64,000 nucleotides of DNA from Candidatus Latescibacterota bacterium (GCA_965261395.1 OZ253462.1:1120001-1184000), one strand, 5' to 3'; shown: positions 8,970 to 18,642, counted from the first letter of the stretch. The notes: generated from the letters alone by a model not told the origin. A program made the numbers and translations.

Positions 8970-10712
8970 TCAGGGCTTTCTCAGTGTCATGTCGAGGCTT
9001 TGCTCGCCGGAGAGAACGTAGTCGGTAGTTAGGGTGTGGCGGAGGACGACCTCGCCTTGCACCGGCCCCAGATGCCCAGCCGAGCGATCCGCGCTCAGCA
9101 CGGCCAGCGCCGAGGGAGGCAGCCCGGGCAACTCGCGCCCATCCACCGTAAAGCCAGGGTTGGCGCGAAAGATCTCGACGACCAACTCATCGGCGGCACC
9201 CGTGCGCTCGAGCAAGGCGAGCAAGTCAGAGGTATTGCGCGGCACAAACGCATCGGGCCGCCGCGCCGCTTCCCAACTCGTGCTCGCCACACCGCTGCCG
9301 ACGCGCACGACGAAGGGGCCGGGTTCGAGATGCGCGGGCAGATCCAACTCCATGCGCTCTGTAACCGGCTCGGCGCGATACGGTTGCAACGTCGCTTGCA
9401 GCGAAACCCGCTGCCCTGCCTTGGGATCGGGCGGCGACAGCCGCAGGCCCGTAATGCGAGCTTGCGCGAGGGTTTCGCCGATTTCCAACTCAAAATGCAG
9501 CGAGTCTAAGGCCAGCCCTGCAAAGGAGTTGTTGAGCAGCACACTGACCGGCTGTACTGCGTCTATTACGGCACTGATCAGCGCGACCCCACTGCTGTAC
9601 ACTTGCTCGCGCTCAACCGTGCGGCCATCGGTCAGCGCGATGTGGCTGCGCACCCGCAGCGTGGCATCGCCAAAGAGCTTTTCAGCCGTTTCGAGGGAGT
9701 TGAACAAAACCGAGCGGACGAGGGCTGCGCTCAGCTCGGGGTGGCGCAGCACCTCACAGCGGAAGGCGTGGTTGCCAGCCGCCGACCGCAGGGCGACCTG
9801 CACCGGCAGCATGTCCGGCACCGCGCCCAGCGTCCCGGCGATCGCGGGCAGGCGGTCTTGGCGCACCGCTCCCACTGCGCCGGTCGGCGTTCCCAGCTTG
9901 AAAGAGGCGGTCTGGATGGGAATGACTTGGTGGATATAGGCCCCGGTGGCAGGCAGGTTGGTGGCCCCCAACAAAAACATCGGATGCCCAAAGCCGACGA
10001 AACGTCCGTCGCCGACCCAAGTAAGGGTGCCGATTGCCGCGGCGCTGTAATCGCCGCGAATTAGCTGCACGGCCAGCGAGGCCCCGGGCGCGAAGGGCAC
10101 CTCTTGGTCGGGTAGCGCCTGCCCCGCCGGGCTGTCCAAAAGCTGGATGCCCGGCGCGTCGAGTGCGTCGCGCAACACTTGCCGCCCCTGCGGGCTGAAG
10201 CCAGCAACCGCTATGGGCATCCCCAGCGGCGCTAGGGTGCTGACGCCCTCGCCGCCGAGCAGGCGAGTGGTTTTTTCGTCTAGTTTTAAAGCTTTTCCGT
10301 ACCGGCTTGGCGTGGGATGTTCGCGGGTGGCGACTTCGAGCATGTGGGCGATGGGGGTGATGCCGCCGATGGGGTCCTTAGAAAAATACCAGCCGTAGGA
10401 GATGGCACCGATGAGCCGCCCATCGATGTACACCGGGCTGCCGCTCATGCCCCTTATGAGACCCGTGTGTTCCAAGGGGCCGCCGGAGAGCCGCGCGAGG
10501 ATCATGTCCATGCGCGGCCCCAAGGCCCCTTTTAGCACCCCCAAAATTTCGACTTGGAAGGTGTCGATCTCAGTGCCTTGGAAGGTCGTCAGTCCAAAGC
10601 CGCTCATGCCGCGGCGCAACTCGCTTGGCGCCATGGTGGGTTGTGCGCGGAGCGCGGGAGCAGCCAAGAGCAACGACGCCAATGCCACTAGTATGCGAAA
10701 TGAGGTCTGCAC
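8970..10712 (-). CDS. Secreted SpoIVB-like peptidase (S55 domain)
   Basis: Signal peptide; GMSGSPVYIDGRLIGAI serine motif; GITPI; AIGTLT...GFGHP. Confidence 0.85.
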   Translation of the reverse strand: MQTSFRILVALASLLLAAPALRAQPTMAPSELRRGMSGFGLTTFQGTEIDTFQVEILGVLKGALGPRMDMILARLSGGPLEHTGLIRGMSGSPVYIDGRLIGAISYGWYFSKDPIGGITPIAHMLEVATREHPTPSRYGKALKLDEKTTRLLGGEGVSTLAPLGMPIAVAGFSPQGRQVLRDALDAPGIQLLDSPAGQALPDQEVPFAPGASLAVQLIRGDYSAAAIGTLTWVGDGRFVGFGHPMFLLGATNLPATGAYIHQVIPIQTASFKLGTPTGAVGAVRQDRLPAIAGTLGAVPDMLPVQVALRSAAGNHAFRCEVLRHPELSAALVRSVLFNSLETAEKLFGDATLRVRSHIALTDGRTVEREQVYSSGVALISAVIDAVQPVSVLLNNSFAGLALDSLHFELEIGETLAQARITGLRLSPPDPKAGQRVSLQATLQPYRAEPVTERMELDLPAHLEPGPFVVRVGSGVASTSWEAARRPDAFVPRNTSDLLALLERTGAADELVVEIFRANPGFTVDGRELPGLPPSALAVLSADRSAGHLGPVQGEVVLRHTLTTDYVLSGEQSLDMTLRKP

Positions 10713-10753
10713 GACCTTTTGTTTGCCTTTCCCATAGAGAAAAGAATCAAAAA

Positions 10754-10782
10754 AAGCTATACTTGGGCTAGGGAAAAGTCAA
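10754..10782 (-). promoter_or_regulatory. Candidate sigma70 promoter for the S55-rib-nusB operon
   Basis: Minus-strand TTGACT-N17-TAGCTT in the AT-rich divergent intergenic region. Confidence 0.4.
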
Positions 10783-10927
10783 GGCAAGCCGAGTGTTGAG
10801 AGATGTTGTAACATTTTGTTTGACAATGAGTTGTCGCTTTTGGATGGCGGGCAATCCCTTGACAGGCGTCGCGCCAGACGCCATTACTTTGCTCTCGCAA
10901 TCACCTACGTGCCAATAGGAGAAGATC

Positions 10928-11935
10928 ATGCTGAATATCGGTTTTATCGGCTGCGGCGGCATTGCCCGCCATCACGCCAGTTGCTTATCCCGGATCCGGG
11001 GTGCGCGCATTCTCGCGGCCGCGGATGTCGTCGCCGACGCAGCCGAGGCTTTCGCCCGCGACTTCGGGGCCGAACACCACTTCGCGGACTTCCGAGCGCT
11101 GCTCGACCTGCCCGAGATCGACGCGGTGTGGGTCTGCACCCCCACCTTCCAGCACCCCGCGCCGGTCATTGCCGCCGCCAAAGCCGGTAAGCACGTGTTC
11201 TGCGAGAAGCCCATGGCGCTGAAAGTGGCTGATGCGCGGCGCATGGCGAATGCTTGTAGTCAGGCCGACGTGCGGCTGACCATCGGCTTTGTGCGCCGCT
11301 TTGACGCGCAGTGGGGCAAGCTCAAGGAGATCGTCCAATCCGGTGCCGTTGGCGCACCGGTCATCTGGCGCTTTGCTGGGGGGGGCCGCCCGGGCCGCCC
11401 GTGGTTCCGCGATGAGAACAAAGGTGGCGGTCCGCTGATGGACGGTGCCGTACACAACTACGATTTCGCCTTGCAGATTTTTGGCCCGGCCGCTTCGGCG
11501 CAAGCCTCTTCCCTGCAATTTGACCCCACCAGCGTCGGCGCTGACACCGCTAGCGTCATCGTCAACTTCGCCAGCGGCGACCAGCACTCCTTGATCTGGT
11601 CTTGGGGCGTGGCCGCTGGCGTGCCCGTGGCAAGCCTCAACGATGTGATTGGCCCGGCTGGCACCTTGCAATTCGGCATGACTGCTCAGAAAGCTCCGGC
11701 GCGCTTCAATCCGCAAAAAAGCGGTGCCTTTACGCTCAAGATGGGTGAGGGCCGCGAGCGGGTGTACTCCTATCCGCTCAAGGACATGTTCGCCGAACAG
11801 GACAAACACGTGGTCAAGTGCTTCACCGATGGCGAACAGCCTTTAGTGACTGGGGAAGATGGGATCGCCGCCTTGGAGGTTGCGACGGCTGTGTTGCGGG
11901 CTGGGAAGGGGCAGCGGACGGTGAAGATTGGGTAG
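10928..11935 (+). CDS. Gfo/Idh/MocA family oxidoreductase
   Basis: Motifs IGFIGCGGIA, CTPTFQH, HVFCEKPMA and GGGPLMDGAVH. Confidence 0.92.
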   Translation: MLNIGFIGCGGIARHHASCLSRIRGARILAAADVVADAAEAFARDFGAEHHFADFRALLDLPEIDAVWVCTPTFQHPAPVIAAAKAGKHVFCEKPMALKVADARRMANACSQADVRLTIGFVRRFDAQWGKLKEIVQSGAVGAPVIWRFAGGGRPGRPWFRDENKGGGPLMDGAVHNYDFALQIFGPAASAQASSLQFDPTSVGADTASVIVNFASGDQHSLIWSWGVAAGVPVASLNDVIGPAGTLQFGMTAQKAPARFNPQKSGAFTLKMGEGRERVYSYPLKDMFAEQDKHVVKCFTDGEQPLVTGEDGIAALEVATAVLRAGKGQRTVKIG

Positions 11936-11989
11936 GAACTGTCTCATGCCGCGTCGAGATTATTGAAGCGGCTGAGGAGGAATGACCAC

Positions 11990-12034
11990 CGGCTCGCCTT
12001 CGTCGTCAATGCGCACGAAGGCGGGCCGTTTTTT
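11990..12034 (+). terminator. Rho-independent terminator
   Basis: 14-bp stem CGGCTCGCCTTCGT/ACGAAGGCGGGCCG (one G-U pair), 11-nt loop and a T6 tail, 55 bp after the oxidoreductase stop. Confidence 0.75.
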
Positions 12035-12061
12035 AGAGAGGTTCACAATAAGCTGTCTTAA

Positions 12062-12670
12062 GTCGCGGTACTGAACCAAAAGGGCGGATCGGGAAAAACG
12101 ACCTTGGCGATAAATCTGGCCGATGCGCTCCAAAGGGATGGGGAAACGGTGCTGCTAGTGGATGCTGACCCCCAGGGATCGGCGCGGGATTGGCACGAAG
12201 CTAACGGGGGCGAAGTTTTGGACGTGGTGGGCTTGGATCGGGAAACCTTGGCGCGGGATTTGAAGGTAGTGAGGGAATACGATTGGATTTTGATCGACGG
12301 CGCTCCCCAAATTGCCAAGCTCTCGGCTGTGGCCGTGAAAGTGGCCGATCTGGTTTTGATTCCCGTCCAGCCGTCGCCTTTTGACGTGTGGGCCTGCGCC
12401 GATCTGGTCGAAATGATTGAAGCGCGGCGGGCCGTTACCGGGGACAGGCCCTTGGCCTTCTTCGTCGTGTCTCGGGCGATTAAGAATACCAAGCTGGGCG
12501 GAGAGATCGTCGCGGCCTTGGAAGATTATGGCCTGCCCGTTTTCAAGTCAGGGACGACCCAGCGCGTTGTTTATCCTACTACTGCCAGCGAGGGGCGAAC
12601 CGTCCTAGCGGATTTCCCCGGCGAAATCGAGGCGATCAAACACGAACTCAAGGAGGCTCTTCAATGCTGA
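12062..12670 (+). pseudogene. parA: ParA/ParF-type partition ATPase lacking its start codon (5'-truncated)
   Basis: The in-frame deviant Walker A VAVLNQKGGSGKTT (12062-12103) directly follows an in-frame TAA (12059-12061). The first standard start (TTG 12104) lies after Walker A. DADPQGSA, IDGAP and IPVQPSPFD are intact. Confidence 0.7.
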
Positions 12671-12864
12671 AATCTAAGCGTTCCACGCGCCCATCTGAGG
12701 GCAAGCAGGCGGCACTGGACGTATTGAGCGCGGACGAAAAGGTGCGGCTGAATCTGGATATTCCCAAACAAACGATGCGTCAGCTCAAAATGCGGGCCGT
12801 CGAGGGAGACTGCTCAGTAAGCGACATCGTACGCAAATTAGTAGATGAGTATTTGAGTAAATAA
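12664..12864 (+). CDS. Ribbon-helix-helix protein, ParG-like partition partner
   Basis: 66 aa; flexible N-terminus followed by VRLNLDIP...LKMRAV...SVSDIVRKLVDEYL; overlaps the parA stop. Confidence 0.75.
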   Translation: MLKSKRSTRPSEGKQAALDVLSADEKVRLNLDIPKQTMRQLKMRAVEGDCSVSDIVRKLVDEYLSK

Positions 12865-12878
12865 TCATCTACTTAACT

Positions 12879-13763
12879 TCACAAATTAGAAGATCTCGAT
12901 GCCGATGCACGTGTACGCAAGCATGTGCTCGCCTTGCACAACTTCTGTTTAATAACCTTATCCTTTGGCAGGCGGATGTTCTTCACTACCCAGTCAGCCA
13001 ACTCCGCCCTTTCGATATAAAGATCGGCATTAATAGACGACTTTGGCCTTTCTAAAAGCACGAAAATAAGCCTATCAAGTACTGAACTTCCCTCACTAGA
13101 AATGATCTGAGTTTTGATCTGAATTGGCTTGTTTTGCTTGTGTTCATAATCGTCTGGAGCAAAGGGGAAATTGAAATGCAGTACCGCATCATAAAACTTG
13201 TGGTTGGAATCTGTTATGATTTTGCCAAGGAGACCCTTACGCGGCTGGTACTTGGGAAGACGCACCAGCGTTTTATGTACTGTTCGTGAAGCTCCTGCGT
13301 CTAGTCGGAATGCCACACGCCTAGCAGCGAATATGAACTGATCAAGATAAAATAGGTCTCCAGGGGACAAGCAGTAACCGAATATGTTGTATCGGCTATT
13401 CGGGTCTGTATATGGTTCTATCCGTTCTAGAAATTCGACAGGAGTTTCTTCTCCATTAAAAAACCCTGTTTTAAGTTGTGGAGGCTTAGTCAAGCGTTCT
13501 GGAAACAAGTCGGAAGCATACTGATTAACAGCTTTAAACAACTTGACCAGATCGTGATTATATTCTTTCGAGGGCTTTCTATTCAACAGCAGAGATGCCT
13601 TGAGATATTTCTCGATTGCTTGGCCGGCTGCCCAAAAAAAACCATTGACTATGTCTCCATGATGGGACATCCGTGCAAGAATATAGTCTTGGTCCGCTGT
13701 GTTTACGAAAAAATGTGTAACCACTTCGTTCTTCAGCACATTGAGTTGTGATTCAGTTCCCAT
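12879..13763 (-). CDS. HEPN-domain protein
   Basis: DYILAR...FFWAAGQAIEKYLKA...HDLVKL and a later SRY motif; markedly AT-rich compared with the flanks. Confidence 0.7.
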   Translation of the reverse strand: MGTESQLNVLKNEVVTHFFVNTADQDYILARMSHHGDIVNGFFWAAGQAIEKYLKASLLLNRKPSKEYNHDLVKLFKAVNQYASDLFPERLTKPPQLKTGFFNGEETPVEFLERIEPYTDPNSRYNIFGYCLSPGDLFYLDQFIFAARRVAFRLDAGASRTVHKTLVRLPKYQPRKGLLGKIITDSNHKFYDAVLHFNFPFAPDDYEHKQNKPIQIKTQIISSEGSSVLDRLIFVLLERPKSSINADLYIERAELADWVVKNIRLPKDKVIKQKLCKASTCLRTRASASRSSNL

Positions 13764-13995
13764 AATCTGGCTCCGTGGGACTGACGGCTTTACCGTTCAG
13801 GGGAATAGGTGTTTTCACCTCCTCTGTTATAGTTCCGCCGCATGCCACTCATGCGGTCGGTCGCCCTTGAGCGCGTGTACACTGGCGCAGATTTACTTGT
13901 TCGTCAAGGTCGCGGAGATCGAGGCGAGCGGAAATTCCCGATAATCGACGTTATCTTTCATTGGGCACCGTAACGACGCAAGACCTCGACAGTCT

Positions 13996-14208
13996 CTAAG
14001 TATCTGCGACAAGTAGCTGGGCTTGTTGGTCGAGCCCCGTAATGGCGCTCTGAATTACATCGACTTCGCGCTTTTCAAAGTACGCCTCACCACATTGGGC
14101 ACAGACCCAAGCCGGGACTGTGTCGAACACCAAGTGATGGCCTTTGTGGTCAACATGGAAGGGGGCCTTCGATCGCTTCATCTGCCCATGACAATGGATG
14201 CAGTTCAT
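13996..14208 (-). CDS. YgiT-type zinc finger protein (MqsA N-terminal-like)
   Basis: CIHC...VPAWVCAQCGEAYF; ATG at 14208 (the ORF track uses TTG 14223). Confidence 0.8.
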   Translation of the reverse strand: MNCIHCHGQMKRSKAPFHVDHKGHHLVFDTVPAWVCAQCGEAYFEKREVDVIQSAITGLDQQAQLLVADT

Positions 14209-14223
14209 TGTGACCAAAGCCAA

Positions 14224-14421
14224 TCAGACTCTCTTGGTACTTCCCGCATCTTTCAGGATAGCATTTGCCGTATGGCGACTTTTCAGGTTACGCGGCACCA
14301 GCAAAATTTTGCCGGTATTCAAGCACTTCCACTTTTCGTGTGAACCTTTTGCGTTTTTCCAATACTCAAAACCGAATTTGGCAATCTCTCTGGTGACTGT
14401 TCTGTAGAATTCATCTGCCAA
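14224..14421 (-). CDS. hicA: HicA family mRNA interferase toxin
   Basis: 65 aa, basic; KGSHEKW motif with the catalytic His; VP..L.SRHTANAILKDAG. Confidence 0.8.
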   Translation of the reverse strand: MADEFYRTVTREIAKFGFEYWKNAKGSHEKWKCLNTGKILLVPRNLKSRHTANAILKDAGSTKRV

Positions 14422-14422
14422 G

Positions 14423-14674
14423 TTATGATCTCACTCCCTCTGTCTCCGATCTCTCCCACAAAATGGCCGGTATCAGATCCTTGAGAGTGTGTTCGGCAAT
14501 CTCGGACGCACTTCGATGGTTGGCCATAATCAATTCAGGTGCCGCGTCCAGCATGATTCCTTCAAATTCATCAAGACTGGCAGCCTCAATATGTAAGCCC
14601 TCAATGTCGCTTTGGGCATAGAAGACCTGCGCCTCATCGTCCCAGATAGCCTTCACGCTAAAAGTGCGCTTCAT
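14423..14674 (-). CDS. DUF1902/HicB-like antitoxin
   Basis: Acidic 83 aa; WDDEAQVFYAQSDIEGLHIEAASLDE partial RNase H-like HicB pattern; immediately upstream of hicA. Confidence 0.72.
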   Translation of the reverse strand: MKRTFSVKAIWDDEAQVFYAQSDIEGLHIEAASLDEFEGIMLDAAPELIMANHRSASEIAEHTLKDLIPAILWERSETEGVRS

Positions 14675-14710
14675 AATGTGTTCCTCCGATTGGTGTGCCT
14701 TCTCTCCAGC

Positions 14711-15835
14711 CTACCAGTCCACGACCGACCCGTCGTCGGGATCCAAGCGAGCTTGATAGGAATGCGGTTCGCCGACTTGGTCCATGAGCTTGTCTTCGTC
14801 GATGGTGATGCCGAGGCCGGGATCGGTGGGCAGGGGTCGGTGGCCGTTGGCCACTGGTGCCAAGGGTTTGGCAAGCAGATCCGCGTATTCGTTGTCGCCG
14901 CGCTCTTGGATGAGAAAGTTGGGGATGGCAGCGGCGACTTGCAGACTCGCGGCGAGCGAACAGGGACCTTGGGGGTTGTGTGGGGCCAGCGGTGAGTAGT
15001 AAGCCTCGGCCATGCCGGCGATGATCTTCAATTCGGTGATGCCGCCGGCATAGCAAACGTCCGGCTGGAGGATGTGGGCGGCGCGCTTTTCGAGAATTTC
15101 CTTGAACCCCCACTTGGTAAAGATGCGCTCGCCAGTGGCAATGGGGATGTGGGTTTTTTCGGCGAGCTCGGCCATGACGTCGATGTTGAGGGCCTGCACA
15201 ATTTCCTCGTAAAACCAAGGATGATACGGTTCGAGCGCTTTGATGAGCAGCGAGGCGGTAGGAGGCTGTACCGCGCCGTGAAAGTCAACGGCGATATCGA
15301 CGCCGGAGCCGTGTTGTTCGCGGAGCGCCTTGAAACGCTCGACAATCTCATCGACAAATTTTTGCCCCTCAATGTATTTGAAGGGGGAACGCGACGTGCC
15401 CGGACCCACCTTCATGGCGTTGACCCCGGTCTTCTCGCTCACTTCGCCGTAAACCCGAATCCGCTCGCGCGTGGGACCGCCGAGCAGCTTGTACACGGGC
15501 ACGCCATAGCATTTGCCGGTGATGTCCCAAAGGGCCATATCAATGCCGGAGGAGATGGCGGTTTTGATCGGGCCGCCGCGATAGAAGGCTCCTCGGTGAA
15601 TGGCCTGCCAGTGGAAGGTGACTGGGCGGGGATCCTTGCCCACTAGATAGTCGGCGACTTCGAGCGCGCCGGCGGCACAGGCCTTGGCGTCGTCCTTGAG
15701 CATTTCGCCCCAACCGGTGATACCCGCGTCCGTCGAGATCTTGACGAAGACCCAGGAGTTTTTGAGAACGAACGTCTCGATCTTGGTGACCTTAATCGCA
15801 TCGTTGGGACCGATGGGGGCTTCAGTGCTCGACAT
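14711..15835 (-). CDS. dgoD: Galactonate dehydratase-like enolase-superfamily enzyme
   Basis: Motifs GITGWGE, FYRGGP, SGIDMALWDI, VDFHG, EE, ATGER, QPD and PHNP. The substrate is uncertain. Confidence 0.8.
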   Translation of the reverse strand: MSSTEAPIGPNDAIKVTKIETFVLKNSWVFVKISTDAGITGWGEMLKDDAKACAAGALEVADYLVGKDPRPVTFHWQAIHRGAFYRGGPIKTAISSGIDMALWDITGKCYGVPVYKLLGGPTRERIRVYGEVSEKTGVNAMKVGPGTSRSPFKYIEGQKFVDEIVERFKALREQHGSGVDIAVDFHGAVQPPTASLLIKALEPYHPWFYEEIVQALNIDVMAELAEKTHIPIATGERIFTKWGFKEILEKRAAHILQPDVCYAGGITELKIIAGMAEAYYSPLAPHNPQGPCSLAASLQVAAAIPNFLIQERGDNEYADLLAKPLAPVANGHRPLPTDPGLGITIDEDKLMDQVGEPHSYQARLDPDDGSVVDW

Positions 15836-15902
15836 GGCGGTAATCCTTTGGTTACAGGGCGATCATTTGCGGGAAGGATGAACGGAGTTATCAGCTAGCG
15901 GG

Positions 15903-16913
15903 TCAAGGGCTGTGAGGCGCAGTAGATGCAGCCGAAGTCGCGCTGGCAATGCGCCAGCGTCCGTCGAGATCACAGGCTTCGTAGAACATGCGGAAGCGGC
16001 CGTCGGCGAGATCGATCACACACGGCTCTGAGGCCTTGGCTGCGTCCCATGATCCCCCATTGTCAATGCAGATTCCCGGATCCTTGACCCACAGCAGACC
16101 GTCCTTGGAAAATGCGCTGAAGATTCTGCCGTGATACTTTGATCCACCTAGTACCTCTGGAGCCGCCGTCCAGCCTGCGTAGTACATGCGGAAGCCGCCC
16201 TCACCTAGGCGCAAAACCTCCGGGGCATAGACGGCATAGGTTTCGAAAGCTCGGTCCTGGGGTATGCGAACGCCGGGCTCCAACTCGAACACTAGACCAT
16301 CTTCTGACACTGCGCTGACGATGTTTTTGTTGTTGCAAGCAACATCTGGATAGGGATAGGCACTGGCGTAGAGGCGAAAGTGGGGGCCGCCCTGCTCTGC
16401 GGCCGGGTCAAGGTGAAGACAGCGAGGTGCCAGATAGGAGACGCTTGCTCCGGCCAGGCGCAGGCCCGGCTCTCGTTCCCAGACCAGACCGTCGTCGGAA
16501 ACAGAACTCACAATTGCGGCCTTAACTTGGCCGTCCCCCTGCTCGGTCTTCCCCTCGTAGTACATGCGGTAGCGGCCATCCGCTAGCGGAATGACGTCCG
16601 GGCTCCAGATGTAGTGCTCGGCACCGTCCCCGCCCGCATCCATTCTGACACCCGGCTCCTTCTCCCAGCGCTCGGCATCGGTGGAGAAGGCACTGAGGAT
16701 GTAACCCTTTGAAGCCGCGTTTGGACGCTGCGGCCCGAGGCCGTGATAGTACATGCGGTACCCGTCTTCCACTTTGACCACGTTCGGAGTGAGGGTTCGG
16801 TCCGAATCGAGCGGTCCGTCGGAATTGATGGCGACGTCGGCGTCCTTGATCCACTGAGTTCCGGGATCCACGTCCTGATAGTGGACGGCTCTGAGCATGT
16901 TTGCAGATGTCAT
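15903..16913 (-). CDS. Five-bladed beta-propeller glycoside-hydrolase-like protein
   Basis: Repeated blades P.V......YRMYY...I.SA.S.DG..W.KEPG. Confidence 0.7.
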   Translation of the reverse strand: MTSANMLRAVHYQDVDPGTQWIKDADVAINSDGPLDSDRTLTPNVVKVEDGYRMYYHGLGPQRPNAASKGYILSAFSTDAERWEKEPGVRMDAGGDGAEHYIWSPDVIPLADGRYRMYYEGKTEQGDGQVKAAIVSSVSDDGLVWEREPGLRLAGASVSYLAPRCLHLDPAAEQGGPHFRLYASAYPYPDVACNNKNIVSAVSEDGLVFELEPGVRIPQDRAFETYAVYAPEVLRLGEGGFRMYYAGWTAAPEVLGGSKYHGRIFSAFSKDGLLWVKDPGICIDNGGSWDAAKASEPCVIDLADGRFRMFYEACDLDGRWRIASATSAASTAPHSP

Positions 16914-17011
16914 TTTAGTCTCTTGGTGTCGATTAACTGAGCAGCAGCACCTTTGCTCGTAGGCACCTCGTATTGAGATCGTTGGCCTGAAAGTCGCTAG
17001 GCACTGGCCTG

Positions 17012-17806
17012 CTACTTGCGCCGAGCACCTTGGCGACCAACCCGATAGCTACTTGCCGTATAGGTCAACGTCTGCCCAGGCTGCATCTCCACCACCTGCG
17101 TATTCGGCGAGAGGAATTTTACCGCTTCGCTCAATGCGCCGATGTCGGCTGGCTGATTCATAATCGGCCCGTAGTGGCAGGGAATGACGATGTCGGGACG
17201 GATTAGGCTCGCCGCCCGCGCCGCCTCGCGGATCCCCATTGTGTACTGCCCGCCCACCGGCATAATTGCAATCTGCGGTCCGTACATCTGGCCGATGAGC
17301 TGCATATCGCTGAACAGGCAGGTATCGGCCGTGTCGTATATGGAAATGCCGTTGTTGTAAGCCACGACGAAGCCATTGACCGCGCTGTCGGGATGGAAGA
17401 GCAGCCCCGCCGGCAGCTCGGCACCGATCACGTGCGTCGATAGCGACTGCGAATGATGCCCCTGCACCATGGTGATCGTGGCGTCCTTGACCTTGACCGC
17501 GCCGCCGGGGTTCATCGACAATGCCCGCGAGCCCATCTTGAGCCCATGCACGGTCTCGGCGACCGAGCAAAGCTCGTAGTTGCCGACGAACTTGGCCTTG
17601 GTGCGCTTGCAGATCTCGTAGGAGTCGCCGATGTGGTCGCTGTGGCCGTGGCTGGCGATGACGATATCGGCGGCTTTAACCTGACTGAGCTTCATCTTGG
17701 CGGTGGGATTGCTGTCGAGCCAAGCGTCGAAGTAGGTGACTGAGCCTTTGTCGGACTCAAAGCGGAAAGAAGCGTGGCCGATAAAGGTGATTTTCACGGA
17801 TGCCAT
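17012..17806 (-). CDS. MBL-fold metal-dependent hydrolase (UPF0173-like)
   Basis: Motifs GHASF, SHGHSDH, DTCLFSDM, PVGGQYTMG and IPCHY. Confidence 0.88.
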   Translation of the reverse strand: MASVKITFIGHASFRFESDKGSVTYFDAWLDSNPTAKMKLSQVKAADIVIASHGHSDHIGDSYEICKRTKAKFVGNYELCSVAETVHGLKMGSRALSMNPGGAVKVKDATITMVQGHHSQSLSTHVIGAELPAGLLFHPDSAVNGFVVAYNNGISIYDTADTCLFSDMQLIGQMYGPQIAIMPVGGQYTMGIREAARAASLIRPDIVIPCHYGPIMNQPADIGALSEAVKFLSPNTQVVEMQPGQTLTYTASSYRVGRQGARRK

Positions 17807-17823
17807 AAGGATGGTCCTTTCTG

Positions 17824-18642
17824 TTAGCGTTGGCTTAGATCGTCGCCGAGGTCCGTCGAGTCGAACTGCCCCTTCTCGGCGCAGACGGCGACGACCAGCA
17901 ATTCGAGATTTTCTTGGGTGTGGTTATAGAGGCCGTGGCTGCCCCCTAGCCGACTGGGAATCGCGTCCCACTGCGCGACCTCCTGCGTCTCATCGTCCAC
18001 CGTCATTCGCCCGCTACCTTCGATGATGATATAGACCTCTTCGACGCCTTGGTGGCGGTGGTAGCCGAGCGAAGTGTCTGGCGGCAACAGACAGTGGGCC
18101 AAACAGTAGAAATTGCTGCGGAAGTCCTCCGGCCCCCAGATGAGCCGACCGCCGACTTCGCCCTTGCCGCCGTGCGCTTGGCTGTATTTCAGCGCACCGC
18201 GGTCTAGCCGCCCCACCGGCAGGCGGTCGGTAGACTCCAATTCAGCACCGACCCGGTCGTCGCCCAGATCGGTCGATTTGGGATCGCCGCCGGGAACCAC
18301 ACAGTGGACGTTGAACCAGCGCGTCTCGCGGTCGGTGTGGTTGTAGATGGCGTGGATCTCGCCCGAGCGCAACGGTACCGCAGCCCCACCCTCAACTACG
18401 GCCGTGCGCCCGTTGTGGGTGAACTGCGAGGCGTTGTCAATGGCGATAAAAATCTCCTCGCTGTCGTCGTGGCGGTGGTAGCCAATCCCGCCGCCGGGTA
18501 GGAGAATCGCGCAGTGGACGAAGGCGAAAGGCGTCGCAAAATCGGCGCGGTCCCACAAGCTATTGAAGAGGATCGTCCCGGCCCCGCCGTGGACGTCGCT
18601 CAGCTCCTTCATATCTGCATGGTCTGCACTTGCTACGCGCAT
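17824..18642 (-). CDS. Bicupin protein
   Basis: Two repeats: GYHRH..SEE...HAIYN and GYHRH..VEE...HGLYN. Confidence 0.85.
   Translation of the reverse strand: MRVASADHADMKELSDVHGGAGTILFNSLWDRADFATPFAFVHCAILLPGGGIGYHRHDDSEEIFIAIDNASQFTHNGRTAVVEGGAAVPLRSGEIHAIYNHTDRETRWFNVHCVVPGGDPKSTDLGDDRVGAELESTDRLPVGRLDRGALKYSQAHGGKGEVGGRLIWGPEDFRSNFYCLAHCLLPPDTSLGYHRHQGVEEVYIIIEGSGRMTVDDETQEVAQWDAIPSRLGGSHGLYNHTQENLELLVVAVCAEKGQFDSTDLGDDLSQR

Noticed and set aside
10713-10927. Possible FMN riboswitch for the rib operon
   Set aside because: No RFN consensus blocks are visible here or before ribD; the region looks like a plain divergent promoter.
11960-12035. Minus-strand peptide KRPAFVRIDDEGEPVVIP resembling a thioesterase C-terminus
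   Set aside because: It is too short, has no start codon, and is fully explained by the terminator hairpin.
13750-13825. Possible 21-codon leader ORF upstream of the HEPN gene (GAGGAG then GTG)
   Set aside because: RBS spacing is implausible and there is no other supporting signal.
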